64,000 nt of DNA, taken from contig NC_043006.1 in NCBI RefSeq assembly GCF_006345805.1, forward strand, positions 65,534,001 to 65,598,000. The letters run 5' to 3'. Below are positions 39,600-51,269 of the stretch, piece by piece. How positions within the stretch are numbered: position 1 is the stretch's first letter; each line of letters starts with the position of its first letter. The position numbers and the translations under genes are program-made. This stretch comes from Octopus sinensis. Its lineage: Eukaryota. Below the pieces are notes generated by a model. It did no database searches. It had not been told where the DNA came from and saw nothing but the letters and a program-made list of their open reading frames with translations.

Positions 39600-40631
39600 C
39601 TGGAAAATAGGGTATTTGTTAGTTCTGCAGGTTTGTGAAGATGTAAAAAAAACAACAACATAAAACAAAAAAAAAACACTTATTGAACCAAATTTCTTAA
39701 ATTTGTTCTAGATCTTTCACCATATCTTTCTTTGCCCCTCTCTCTCTCCCTCTCTTTTGTCTGTAAAGTGGTTTTGCCAAACTATACTTTTCTGTTTCAG
39801 ACTTAAGTATATTTGTACCTAAATTTCAAGGTATCAGTTGACATGTGAGTGTGTGTGTGTGTGTGTGTGTGCCTATATATTGATGTCTGTATATTGATGC
39901 ATATGTTTGTATGTGAGTCTATGTGGATATATATATAGAGAGAGAAATGTGTGTATTTGTATTCTCATTGTATTTGTAATCTGTGTTTATTTTTCTTGGT
40001 TCTCTCTCTTCTTCCCTCTCTCTATCATCTTCTCTTCTCATCGCCTCCTCCTCATATAAGGTCAAGTTGAGGTGATAGTAACAAAAACAAAAATTCAACC
40101 AATTTACTCTCACTGATGTCATAGGTTTCTGTTAAAAAAAGTTGGCATTCACTGTGATGTTTGCTTTCTGGCCATCAACAGTGAGATGTGATTGGTCTCC
40201 TTTTTACTGTTTAACATTTCTTTCTTTATTGCACTGCAGAAGTTTTTTTTGTTTTGTTTTTTAGTGATGAAGACCAGAGTATCAATAGAAAGCGGTAAAG
40301 AGAGAGAGAGAGAGTATGTATGCATGTGTGTGTTTGATTCTTGTCCCTTCCTGAAAATTGTCAATTAAAGCAATTGGAAACTTGAATGTTCCACATCTTT
40401 TGGAAAATTGAATAGATTGTTCTCTCTTGCCTTCTTTCTCTCCCTTACAGGAGTTTATTATTATTATTATTATTATTATTTGGAGCAGGAAATTCCGCTG
40501 AGATCGACTTTGCCTTTCTTTCATCCTTTCAGGGTCAATAAATGAAATACCAGTTGCGTACTGTGGGTCGATGTAATTGACTAGTCCCTTCTTCCCAAAT
40601 TTCAGAGCGTGTGCCTTTAGTAGAAAGGATC

Positions 40632-40664
<33 letters not shown>

Positions 40665-41073
40665 GGCAGCGAGCTGGCAGAATTGTTAGCACGTTGGGCG
40701 AAATACTTAGCGGTATTTTACTCGTTGCTATATTCTGAGTTCAAATTCTGCTGAGGTTGACTATCTTTTCATCCTTTCAGGGTTGATAAATTAAGTACTG
40801 GTGAAACACTGGGGTCAATGTAATTGACTAGTCCAACTTTACTTTCATCTTTTCAGGGTCAATAAAATAAGTATCAGTTAAAAACTGGGTTGCTGTAATC
40901 AACTTAGCCCCTCCCCTCAAAATTTCCAGCCTTTTGTTTGTTTTGTTTTTGCTTTATCACTCCCCACCCACCCTCAGTTTCAGCTCTTTTGTCTTGGAGA
41001 TTTTCTTTTGTGTTGTTTATTGAAGTAGTTGTGTGTATGCTTTTTTCTTCTTTGAAAGGGGAGGAGGACGTAC

Positions 41074-41118
41074 GGGGGAATTTTCCACCCTTCTTGGTCA
41101 TCTTCATGGCATACATTG
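41074..41118 (-). other. Candidate 45-nt exon of an unidentified minus-strand gene
   Basis: Acceptor ttttaaactttgtttcag, donor GTACGT; two open frames (MYAMKMTKKGGKFP or NVCHEDDQEGWKIP); no homology recognised. Confidence 0.3.
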
Positions 41119-41324
41119 CTGAAACAAAGTTTAAAATTTTTGCCACTTCCTGGAAAGAAAATTTCTTTCTACACATTGCTTTGAGAAAGGTGTGTTTGCA
41201 TCTATTGCGGAGAGAAAGAGTGAGGGAGGGAGAGAGAGAGAGAGAGAGAGTGTGTGTGTGTGTGCGTGTATATTAAAGAAAAATGAACAAAGTGTACCTC
41301 TTTGAATTATGTAGGCATGCAGGT

Positions 41325-41483
41325 CTGGCATGGCTGTATGGTAATAAGCTTGCTTACCAAGCACATAGTTTTGGGTTTAGTCTTATTGCATGGCACCTTG
41401 GGCAAGTGTTTTCTGCTATAGCCCTGGGCCAATCAAAACCTTGTGAGTGGATTTGGTAGATGGAAACTGAAAGAAGACTGTTG

Positions 41484-41518
<35 letters not shown>

Positions 41519-41695
41519 ATGTGGTTTGTACCCCCACCATCGCTTGACAACCGATGTTGGTGTGTTTATGTCCCTGTAACTTAGTGGTTCGGCAAAAGAC
41601 ACCAATAGAATAAGTACCAGTCTTACAAAGAATAAGACCTATAATCGATTTGTTCGACTAAAGGCAATGCTCCAGCATGGCCTCAGTCAAATGAA
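41325..41695 (+). mobile_element. SINE family A, full length
   Basis: As for the other copies. Confidence 0.85.
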
Positions 41696-42510
41696 AAAAA
41701 AAGTGTAAATATTTGATTGTTTCACTGGCACATTAAACAAACAATCAATTAGTTAAATATTTAACCAATTGACTAACAATAAAGAAGTGATTTTGAACCA
41801 GTGCTTGTGTTATTGTTAATATTGGTGCAATGACCTTTTCAAGACACAACAAAATTTGTCTGAACACATGAATTCACATCAATAATCTTGCAAACCAAAT
41901 ACAGTAACAAACTAATATGTTTTTGTGTTTAAGTATCAAGACAACCACTAATTGTCTGCAAAATATATTAAAATGTTTGTTACAAAGCTCCATCCACTCC
42001 TCTGAAAATTCTTGAGTATTTTGAAATCCACTCAAAGCACAAAGGCATTTCCTGCCAATGTGTAAACTGGGCATTTGATCATAAGAATTGCATCAGTCCA
42101 GGAAGATCTATGAAGGTCATTGATACTGCATATCCTCATCTGAATAACACAGAAAGAACATTTTACAAGCCGTCATTAAATTAAAGCATCGAATTAACTA
42201 CGTAGCCTCCTCAGCATCTTTTACTTGTTCCAGTCTATAGACTGTGGCCATGCTGGAGCACTGTCTTGAAGAATTTTTGTTTTAATGATTCGACCCCAGT
42301 ATTTATCCTATCAACCCCGTTTTGCTGAACTGGTAAGTTGCAGGGACATAAGTAAACCTACACTGGTTGCCAAGTAATGGTGAGGGACAAAGACAAAGAC
42401 ACACATGTGAATAGAGGCACCACCTTCACATGGCCCTATCAGTAGTAATTGTCATATACTCTTTCTGGGTGGTTTCCCAGTCCTGACCAGCTGAGAGTAG
42501 ATATCCAGCC

Positions 42511-42563
42511 ATCTTGTTCTTGATCTATCCATAGATCTTGTTCTTGATCTATCCATAGATCTT
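42511..42563. repeat. 24-bp tandem duplication
   Basis: ATCTTGTTCTTGATCTATCCATAG twice, followed by ATCTT. Confidence 0.95.
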
Positions 42564-42649
42564 TTGCTTGAAAAGTCCATCTTTACTCATTTACTTGTTT
42601 CAGTCATGCACCTTTAGTCAAACAATGGTGGGATGACAAACAGACACAA

Positions 42650-42776
<127 letters not shown>

Positions 42777-43324
42777 TGCAGGAGTTACAGTGTGGTAAGA
42801 CGTTTACTTCCCAAACACATGGTTCCAGGTTCAGTCCCACTGCACAAAATTTTCCGGCCACTTATGTACTCCAGGCCTAACTAGTAGCCACACTGCAACA
42901 GGAACAAAGTCACAAAATTTTGGATGCGGGATTCGCCCCCAAAACAATGCCCAGAATTCTCTGGCCACTAGTAATCCAGAACAGCAACAGGAACAAAATT
43001 CACAGTTCACAATTTTTGGAGGCGGGATACACCCCCAAAAGAACTTGCTTCTCACCGCTAAGTGAGATACTTATGCCCAATTGCAGGCAGACAAATGCCC
43101 GGAATTCAGTGAGGATTTCTTGCTTGAAAAAAAAAAAAAAAATTAAACAACAGACCTTCACTGAACCCCAAAGAACAAAAGTCTTACCTTGCAGTTGTGC
43201 TTCACTTAATTCGCCATGCTGCAAACCAGCATCACAACCTCTCTCAGTGCAAAGAAAAACACTGACATGTGCAGTTGGGAAGCAAGCTTCTTACCACACA
43301 GCCACTCCTGCACTTATATAACCA

Positions 43325-43630
43325 CTTCTGTGGTGATTCTTTGGGATGGCATTCTAATTGCATGTCCATAATACCAGAGCTGTGACCTTTCGAAGAAGTA
43401 GCAGCTCAACCCAGAGACATCCTGATTACTGAGCTATGCATCCTGTTGAGTAACATTGCTCCAGAGTTCCTACTTCCTGTATTTGCTATCATTGCCTGAC
43501 ATTCATGACCAAAGATGAGCAAAGGCACAATTATCAAATTGAAGACGGCAAGTTTGGCTCTTTGACCAACTACTTCTGAGGATCAAATTCTGTAGCTGGC
43601 ACTTGAAATTCTAACCTCCAGTCCCTCCAT
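43325..43630 (-). mobile_element. RTE LINE (Expander/Rex3-like) post-RT ORF fragment
   Basis: QRAKLAVFNLIIVPLLIFGHE, RMHSSVIRMSLG and ERSQLWYYGHAIRMPSQR match KAKLSIY..YVP.L.YGHE, DRVRSSVIR..LG and ERSQLRW.GH..RMP. Confidence 0.7.
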
Positions 43631-46406
43631 CACTAAGTATTTCTATGGATACTTATAGTTGTTGTTTGGCCACAGGTCAGCTATGACCTAAGCAAACCTA
43701 GATCAAAATCAATTGAGCTGTGGCAGCTGCGACCCTGATATAAAGCACCTGTGCTGGTGCCACATAAAAAGCTCCTGTGCTAGTGCTACATAAAATGTAT
43801 CCAGTACACTCTGTAAAGCGGTTGGTATTAGGAAGTGCATCCAGCCATAGAAATCATGCTAAAACAGGTAACTGGAACCTGGTGCAGCTCACAGGCTTGC
43901 CAACTGTCCAACCCATGCCAGCATGGGAAACGGATGGTGATGGTGATGTGTGTGTACATGCTAAATAGTTCAATATGTCAAAGTTCGAGAGAGATTTGAC
44001 TGCTATTTCTTGTAGATTAAACAACCACGTGGAGGCTCCGCCATTACCAACTTCACATCACTGGTAAAGTGTAAAGTTTTTGATATTAGTATACTGTTGG
44101 GAGAAGTACTTCCGATCTTCTAGATAATGTCATCTTTTGGAGAAACAAGAACTTTTCTTTCTCCTTAGCTTATGAGAGAGTGGAGTAATTTAATTTTATA
44201 TATTGCTATCACTTTGTTGCTCTCAAAAGACTGGATTGTCCTGCAACTTTTATGAGGATGTTTTATGGATTGCTGGTCAGCATTCTTTGTGGCGGAATTA
44301 TAACATAATAGATCTTGGTATATTTACGAGGGCAGTGTTGTGGCACTGCTCCAATAAATAGATAGAATGTGACAAAAATGGTCGAAGGTGAAAGTAAATA
44401 GTGGAATAATAGGGAGAATTTGACACAAAGTTGTGCGAAAGTGGTAGAATGTAGTAAATAAAAGTATAATTGGGAGACATTTTCAATATATATCACATCT
44501 TTCCTAGGTTAATTATTATCATTTTCTGTTCAAAGTTAAAATTTAGTTTGGAGACAGGCAATGATAAAGATTAAATCGACTTAAGCCTTTGTGATAAAAA
44601 AAAATTCCCCACAAATGGTTTCAATACAGTTTTAACAGAGATTTGGAAGAATTAGACGAAAGTTTTCCGGTAATTTTCTTTCATGTAAATAAATGTTCAT
44701 TTAAAAATTTGCCTGCAAAATCTTATAAAATGACAATGTTCTAATAGATGTACATGTTTATATGTTATATATGAAAATAAAAAGAAATCTTGATTTACAG
44801 AAAAGGGATCAGTTGCGAAACTTATCGCAATATTTGGCTCTAGGTGCCTTTTATTTGAAGTTCCTCTAGGGACGATCTCCCCTTTCCTGCCTAGATCAGG
44901 CGCAGGCAATCTTTAATAAGATGCGGGCCGCATGAGAAATAATACATCATTAAACGAGCAACACTACTTAAGAAAAGAAAAGAAAAAAAAATTCAAGGTA
45001 ATTTTTCGTTAGGTGTCCTGCGGATGCAGTTTGCCCATGATTCTCACATTGACAAATATCAGTCACCTCCCAATGTCAGTTGAATTTTTTGCAACCCTGT
45101 TTGTTAATGACAAGACCAAAGATTTTGTATTTATTTAATTCGTTTTCCTTCACCATGGTATTGTACAGGTGTACATTTTGGACTGTTTCAATCTTATTAA
45201 ACATGGCAGTTTGTCCGCCTCTTTTCAGTTTTCAACGGCTTCCAAGTAGCCTTTCTCTGAGAAACACCGAGTCAAAAGTACTTCGATAAATTCCATCGAC
45301 GATACCTTTACTTTATAAATATGTTAGAAATTCCTTTTATATTTCATCTAAGTTTTTACATGCTGTTATAATTCATAATTCTATCGATATTTAAATTTTT
45401 ACAACAAAATATTCTGTTGGAATTTGATACAGAATACGTACTATACGAATTCTCAGCCATATTACTATTTCTTATCTAAGGATAATTCACTTTCAGCGAT
45501 CAAATAATACGTTAAAATATTTTCTCTTCTCTTTTTGTATCGTCACCACCTCCGCCTGAAGTTGTTTTGCAAATAATTCTTATTTACTCAGTAACAACAT
45601 TGTTTTATTTCTCTACCACATAAAATTTTCGATATTGTTATATAGGAATCGTGTTGGGGGAGGTATTTATATCTCTATTGTCAACATTTAACATCCATAC
45701 CGGCCCTAACCCAGTTTTTTTCAATGATAGACAGACAAGAAAAATTGATCAAATCAACTATTTACATTTGTTGCGGAGCCGACTGTTAAAAAAAATAAAC
45801 AGTAATTATCTAATATAGCTTTATTTTTTGAAACGAAAGTAATAAACGATGTTCACAACTCTGCATTTGATTTTTTCTTCTTTATTTATTTTGAATGTTT
45901 CATGCCGATGGAGCGACGATAAAAACACGGCTTTGCTAAACAAGCGAAACGGCTGACAAATATGAACCGGAAGTAGATTGATATAGGTTACAAACCTCAC
46001 TTCCTGTTTTCATTCACCATGTAAATAGTACAAACACGAGATCTTCACTTTCTTTTTCTTCCCTTCTTCAATAAAACACAAGTAATATAGTATTTAATCA
46101 TATGTGGATATACATATATGTATATTTGGATATTTTTGAATTTCTGCCAACCACTGAAAATATTTTAAATTTTCACCTGATTATTTTGTTGAAAAAAAAA
46201 AAAAAATGCTGATGATGAAAATCGGATTCGGTGTCGAAAATTTGAAATACTTAAGTGGTTGCAAGAAATTTAAGATCTTTATATATTTAGGACAGTAATT
46301 TCCATTGTAGATTTCAGCTTTTTTTGTGTTAAATACTCTAGCGAGTACATAACCGTCTTTGCATAAACAATTTTTTTTTTTTTGTCACAAATTATTTTAA
46401 TTTCAG

Positions 46407-46469
46407 CAGCTACTGACATTTCTTTCTGTTTCACATCAAAACCGTTCATCTAGCAAATCCTTTCTAAAG
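46407..46469 (+). other. Candidate non-coding 5' UTR exon
   Basis: Acceptor attattttaatttcag, donor AAG|GTAGAG; no ATG inside. Confidence 0.3.
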
Positions 46470-47211
46470 GTAGAGTTTTTAAAAATTAATTTAATTCCTA
46501 ATGTTGTGTTGCAGTTTATAAGGTAAACAACACGTTCTCTCCACTACGACGACGACGACGCGGTGAAAAAGAAGCGGGTGGTAAGGGAGGTAACTTTGAC
46601 TTAACGTGTTCCACCGAAATATTGGTGAGACACCGATAGATAACTATGGAAGTGTTTTAGTGTTATAATTCTAGATTTGCCACAAGGGCAGTGCTATAAA
46701 AAAAAAAAGATGTTACAGCAATCGAAACAAAGATTTCCGGAAGAAGTCGTTATTTTTTCTCGTAATTTTTGTTGTATTTTTTTAATTGTTTTTTTTTTCT
46801 CTTGAAAAAAAAAAAGATATAAAGGTCCTCGAATGTCTTAAGAATAACGTTTATAGGAAAATTTAAGTAAATTGATAAATCGCCCCACCTACTTCCTCAC
46901 ACGGTTACAAAGAAATAAAATTAGCGTACAAGACAGGATGACTGACTGAGTATGTCACTCTTCAATTCAACCGCTCTCACCCCCATCTTTCATAAATCTG
47001 CTACTACTAATAATAACGATGGCATTATATATATATATATATATATGCACACCACGATTTTCTCAGGGAAGTGGTGGTATAATCGAATTAATCGATCCCG
47101 CTACCTATTTTATTGATCCCTGGAAGATGAACGGTACAGGCAGGGTTTGAACTCAGAACATAAAGACACCTCACTAAAATATATCGGCCCTTTTGATTCT
47201 TTTACCGCACC

Positions 47212-47262
<51 letters not shown>

Positions 47263-47674
47263 TGGTTGGTCCAAATCTAATATGTTTTACAAAACTCATA
47301 AATTTATAAAATGAGAGATAAAACGAAGAGGAAACTTCACAGAAAATCACCTTTGTGTTGCTATATATTGAATTAAATTGGTCCCGAGGTGAGGTTAAAC
47401 CCGGCGAGATTTGAACGTGATACATGAATCAGCAAACTGTTATAACTTGTAATAATGGTAAAAAAAAAAATTTTTTTCACATGGAAAACTTTTATTTATT
47501 TGCGAAGAGAATAAATGGAGTTTTGACCGTCCACGCCTTTTTCATTTCATTTTCTTTTATTTTAATCAAAAGCGGAATTGAAACACGATAGCGGTTCTTC
47601 ATTGACAATCGAAACCGCGACTCCTGTTTCTCAACCGCCGAGATTTGACAATCAGCCTTAATGATTTCTTTAGA

Positions 47675-47695
47675 ATGACAGAGTTGGACGAGGAG
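47675..47695 (+). CDS. Candidate first coding exon A (MTELDEE), unidentified protein
   Basis: ATG with an in-frame upstream stop, donor GAG|GTATTA in phase 0, acceptor tttctttag just upstream; joins in frame to the 51126 exon. Confidence 0.4.
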
Positions 47696-48510
47696 GTATT
47701 ACGACGAGACGTGATAGTTATGCCTTTCTGCATTTGTTACTTTATCTTCGTGAAATTAAAAACAATAGAAATCAGGTAGCGATTATGGTTCGCCGGGAGC
47801 TTTACCTATTCGCTACACCACCCTCAACCACTACTACAATACATGTAATGATAGTAGTAGTTTTTTTTATTATCAGTTGCATAATGGTCATACCTAATAA
47901 TGTTAACGATGTTGATGATGATAATATTCTTTAGTTTTGAGTCGATCTAATGAATTCTAGTGTATTAAACGAAAGGTATTTTACGTTAGTCGAAATAAAC
48001 CCTAAACTGTATTAAAGATGGCTGTAGTTCTAATCTAGGAATTTCTGTGTATATATATGTATGTGTGCATTTAAGTTACTATGTGTTTATACGTGTGTGT
48101 GTCTCTATAAGTGTTTGTCTGTGTGTGTAAGTGCGTGCGTGATTGCGTCCGTTCGTCGTCTATCCTGCAGTCAGGACAAACAACTGAACGGTCCCCGTAG
48201 GTACGGGAGCAATCCCGGTGTGCTGTTGATGTCTGTCCCCCATTGGAACTATGGTCTGTTAGCCACCGTCTTTTGTAAACTAAAGTTTTCTTTGACATTG
48301 GCAAATCGTTAAATAAATAATGAACTATGATTCCAGTTGCCATATATTTTACTCGGTGTAAAACATTTGGGTGATCGAGTTCGTATATACGAACGTATGT
48401 ATGTATATGTGTGACTATGTGTTCGTGTGTTTGTGTGTGTCTCCTGTCTGTCAGGGAAATACAATCACGGAACGATCCCTCTAGATAACCGCGATTTGTG
48501 GTTAGTGGTG

Positions 48511-48588
48511 ATGGCTGTCCCTGACTGGAACCATGAGTTCTCAAAACCAGAGATTCTTCTCAGTGCCAGAGTATCAGAGCAGGTTGAG
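48511..48588 (+). CDS. Candidate first coding exon B (MAVPDWNHEFSKPEILLSARVSEQVE)
   Basis: Exon 48455-48588: acceptor ctcctgtctgtcag, donor GAG|GTACCA in phase 0; upstream donor TAG|GTACGG at 48201. Confidence 0.4.
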
Positions 48589-50504
48589 GTACCATGGGTC
48601 TTGTATAGAGATTGGTGTATTCGTGTGTTTAATGTGCGTGAAAGAGAGGTTGATAGAGATGTGGTTGACCATTCGTAGCAGTCAATCACATACAGAAAAG
48701 CCATCACTTCGGTCCATTGTTAATTAATTGCTCTTCAAGTCTTTTATATGTGTGAGTGTGTGTGTTTGTTGTAATAGTTTTTATTTTTTTTTCATTTTTT
48801 TCTTTAAAAAAAATATTAACTCGGTTTATGTTTGTGTGTCTATTTTTTCTTTCTTGAATTTATGTTACGGTGGCAATAAAACAATGAACTTTTACGTAGG
48901 TTAGTGTCATGTTAAAGCGGATAACTGGAAGTAAATTCGAAAGAAACATGATAATTGTGGTGGTGATGATGCTGATGTTGATGATGATGATGTCGATTGT
49001 AATATTGATTGCTAATAATAACGATGTATGGAATCATAATTTTGGTGGGTTGGAAGTAAAACGAGATGTTGTGATGTTCATACCTCGTTACTCAATCTCA
49101 CTGCATTTAATGCAGCAAAATTGAGTAATGAATTCAATTGGTTTGAGCTTTTAACTCTTCACCATCGATTCCCCAAATGATCATGATTTTGATTTCGTAG
49201 GCACAAGCACCCTTCTTTCCTTTTTCCCCCGTTATTATTATTATTATCATCCTTATTGTTATAAACACCGATCGGCTGATTGCGGCGATCATTTTCGTTT
49301 TGTTGTTTTAACGATGTAAAATATTATGTCAGTCATGCTTTTCTAGAGTGTTAACAAAGTTACCGTTGTGATTTAGTCCAAATATACCTATGATCAAAGG
49401 CGTTCCATTCATGACCATCCTTTTTTTTTTATCAGTCAGTGCATCCAAATTCATGTACAATGCATTCTTTTTTTTCCTTTTAAGACGATAGTAGGTTGAA
49501 GGAGATTAGGCTGAAATTTGTAGCAGGTTGAGGGAGGAACACAGGCTCTAGCATCAAAGTTTTAATTAAATAATGATGATGATAATAATAATAATAATAA
49601 TAACAACAACAATAGCAACAACAACAAAGATGTATGGCAGGCATAGGGCCACAAATTTTTGAAGGGCGGGGGTATAGTTGGTTAAATTTTGGTCACTAAT
49701 TCTTGTTAAATTGATCCTTAAAGCAAAATAAACTCCTGTGGGATTTGAACTGAGAATGTAATAATTATAATAGTAAATAATTACTAAGACACAAAACTAC
49801 AAAAAAAAAAAAAAAATGACTATTTTGGTAGGCAGTGGGCTCAGTTTGCAAGAGACTAGGTAGAGTAAAAAATAGCCTTATGTATTACTGGTACTTATTA
49901 TTAACCTTGGAAAGATAGAAGGACAAATTAAATATTATTTGTGAGACACTGGACTGGATGGTTTAAAAGTGTCCAGCATTCCTTCTTGTCAGGTTATCAT
50001 CATGTCAGTAGAAGTGGCAGAGAGAATTTCTTAAGATTCTAGAACTTAATAATGGTAACAATGTTTATTAATTACTGTGATAATGAATTCATTTAATAGC
50101 ATAGTGAACTTCATTCTACAACAAAGTTGCATTGTCATTTTGGATGATTTCTTTCTTTGTAGAGATGGTGGTGGTGTTGGACATAGCTTTTGTACTCTAG
50201 GTTGAAGGGTCAAATAAGGCGTTTGATTTTTTTTTTCAAGTTTTTCTTTTAGAATAATTCTTTACTGAATGTTTTCCTTCCTTTAATAGTGTATATACTA
50301 CTGCATATATATAATGCAGTTGGAAGGTTCAGGGCCTCAGAATGACTACAAGTTTCATCCTGGTGTGAAATATTTGAGCTGTTGCAACTAGTGAAATAAT
50401 TATAATTTTTTCAGTTTTGAATCAGTGAACCATTCATTTACCTCAAGAAAATTCTTTCTTTACCATTAACCTTAGAAGCAATGCCACCAAGTATGACTTG
50501 CTGT

Positions 50505-50541
<37 letters not shown>

Positions 50542-51125
50542 AATGTATGTATGTATGTATATTGTCTCGTCATTTGTACTTTTTTCTTAAAAGAAAGTTA
50601 AAATGTTTTTACTTTATGAAGTCAAAGGGCAGCTTGGATTCTAATTGGATGACCTTATTACTTTGTTCAGTGCATCATTTTTCTTTTAATATGGGAAGAC
50701 CTGATTTAAGGGAGGTGTGGTTGCTATTTCTAACAAGTTGAGTGATCATGTAGAGACTTTATCCATGCATGTGTGTATATTTAGAAACTTTACTATTTAA
50801 TCCATACCGATGTTTGACAGTAGTACCTGGATGGTTGGCAATCTACCCAGCAGTCATCAGTAGATGAGAATACACACAAACACACATCCACATTTATATA
50901 TTTTGGTTGTTGTGAGAGATTTTACTTAGATGAACTAAGTTTTTCCCAAATGTATGCTACACACATATGTGGTTTTTTTGATTTTGGTCCTTTTTGTTTC
51001 ATCAGTCTATCAGAACTAACTTTCCTCAGCTACATACCCTCACATTTATGTATGTTACTGTTGTTGTCTCTATATGAAAACAATTTGCATTGCTTAAACC
51101 ATTTTTTTTTTCCTTTCTGTTTCAG

Positions 51126-51269
51126 TTTCAGCCACTAAACCAACATGGCCAGACACAATCACAACCACAGGCTACACCGGTAACACAAATACAACACAAT
51201 CCACATGTATCTCATTTGGATAACAACTCCAATCTGAGTACGGGATCTATAGAACTCAAAGATGATGAT
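51126..51269 (+). CDS. Internal coding exon (FQ)PLNQHGQTQSQPQATPVTQIQHNPHVSHLDNNSNLSTGSIELKDDD, unidentified protein
   Basis: Long polypyrimidine tract with tandem acceptors (AG at 51124-25 and 51130-31), donor GAT|GTAAGA at 51270; phase 0-0 open frame, 144 or 138 nt. Confidence 0.6.

Larger units (their letters stand above)
44800..49350. promoter_or_regulatory. CpG-retaining, transposon-poor promoter/5' region
   Basis: CpG is visibly more frequent than in the flanks (judged by eye); ETS-type sites CCGGAAGT (45967-45974), CACTTCCTG (45998-46006) and CCGGAAG (46737); several strong donor sites. Confidence 0.6.

Noticed and set aside
34781-41118. YAMK/AMKLFRK as protein-kinase subdomain II
   Set aside because: No glycine-rich loop, HRD or DFG exons were found.
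45080-45480. Short minus-strand ORFs (34 and 42 aa) as the start of the divergent gene
   Set aside because: Both end in stops without a suitable in-frame donor; at most uORFs.
51252-51269. ELKDDD matching MEK1 (VGELKDDDFEKISELG)
   Set aside because: Only six residues match; the upstream sequence is unlike MEK1 and no following kinase exon was found, so no gene symbol is assigned.
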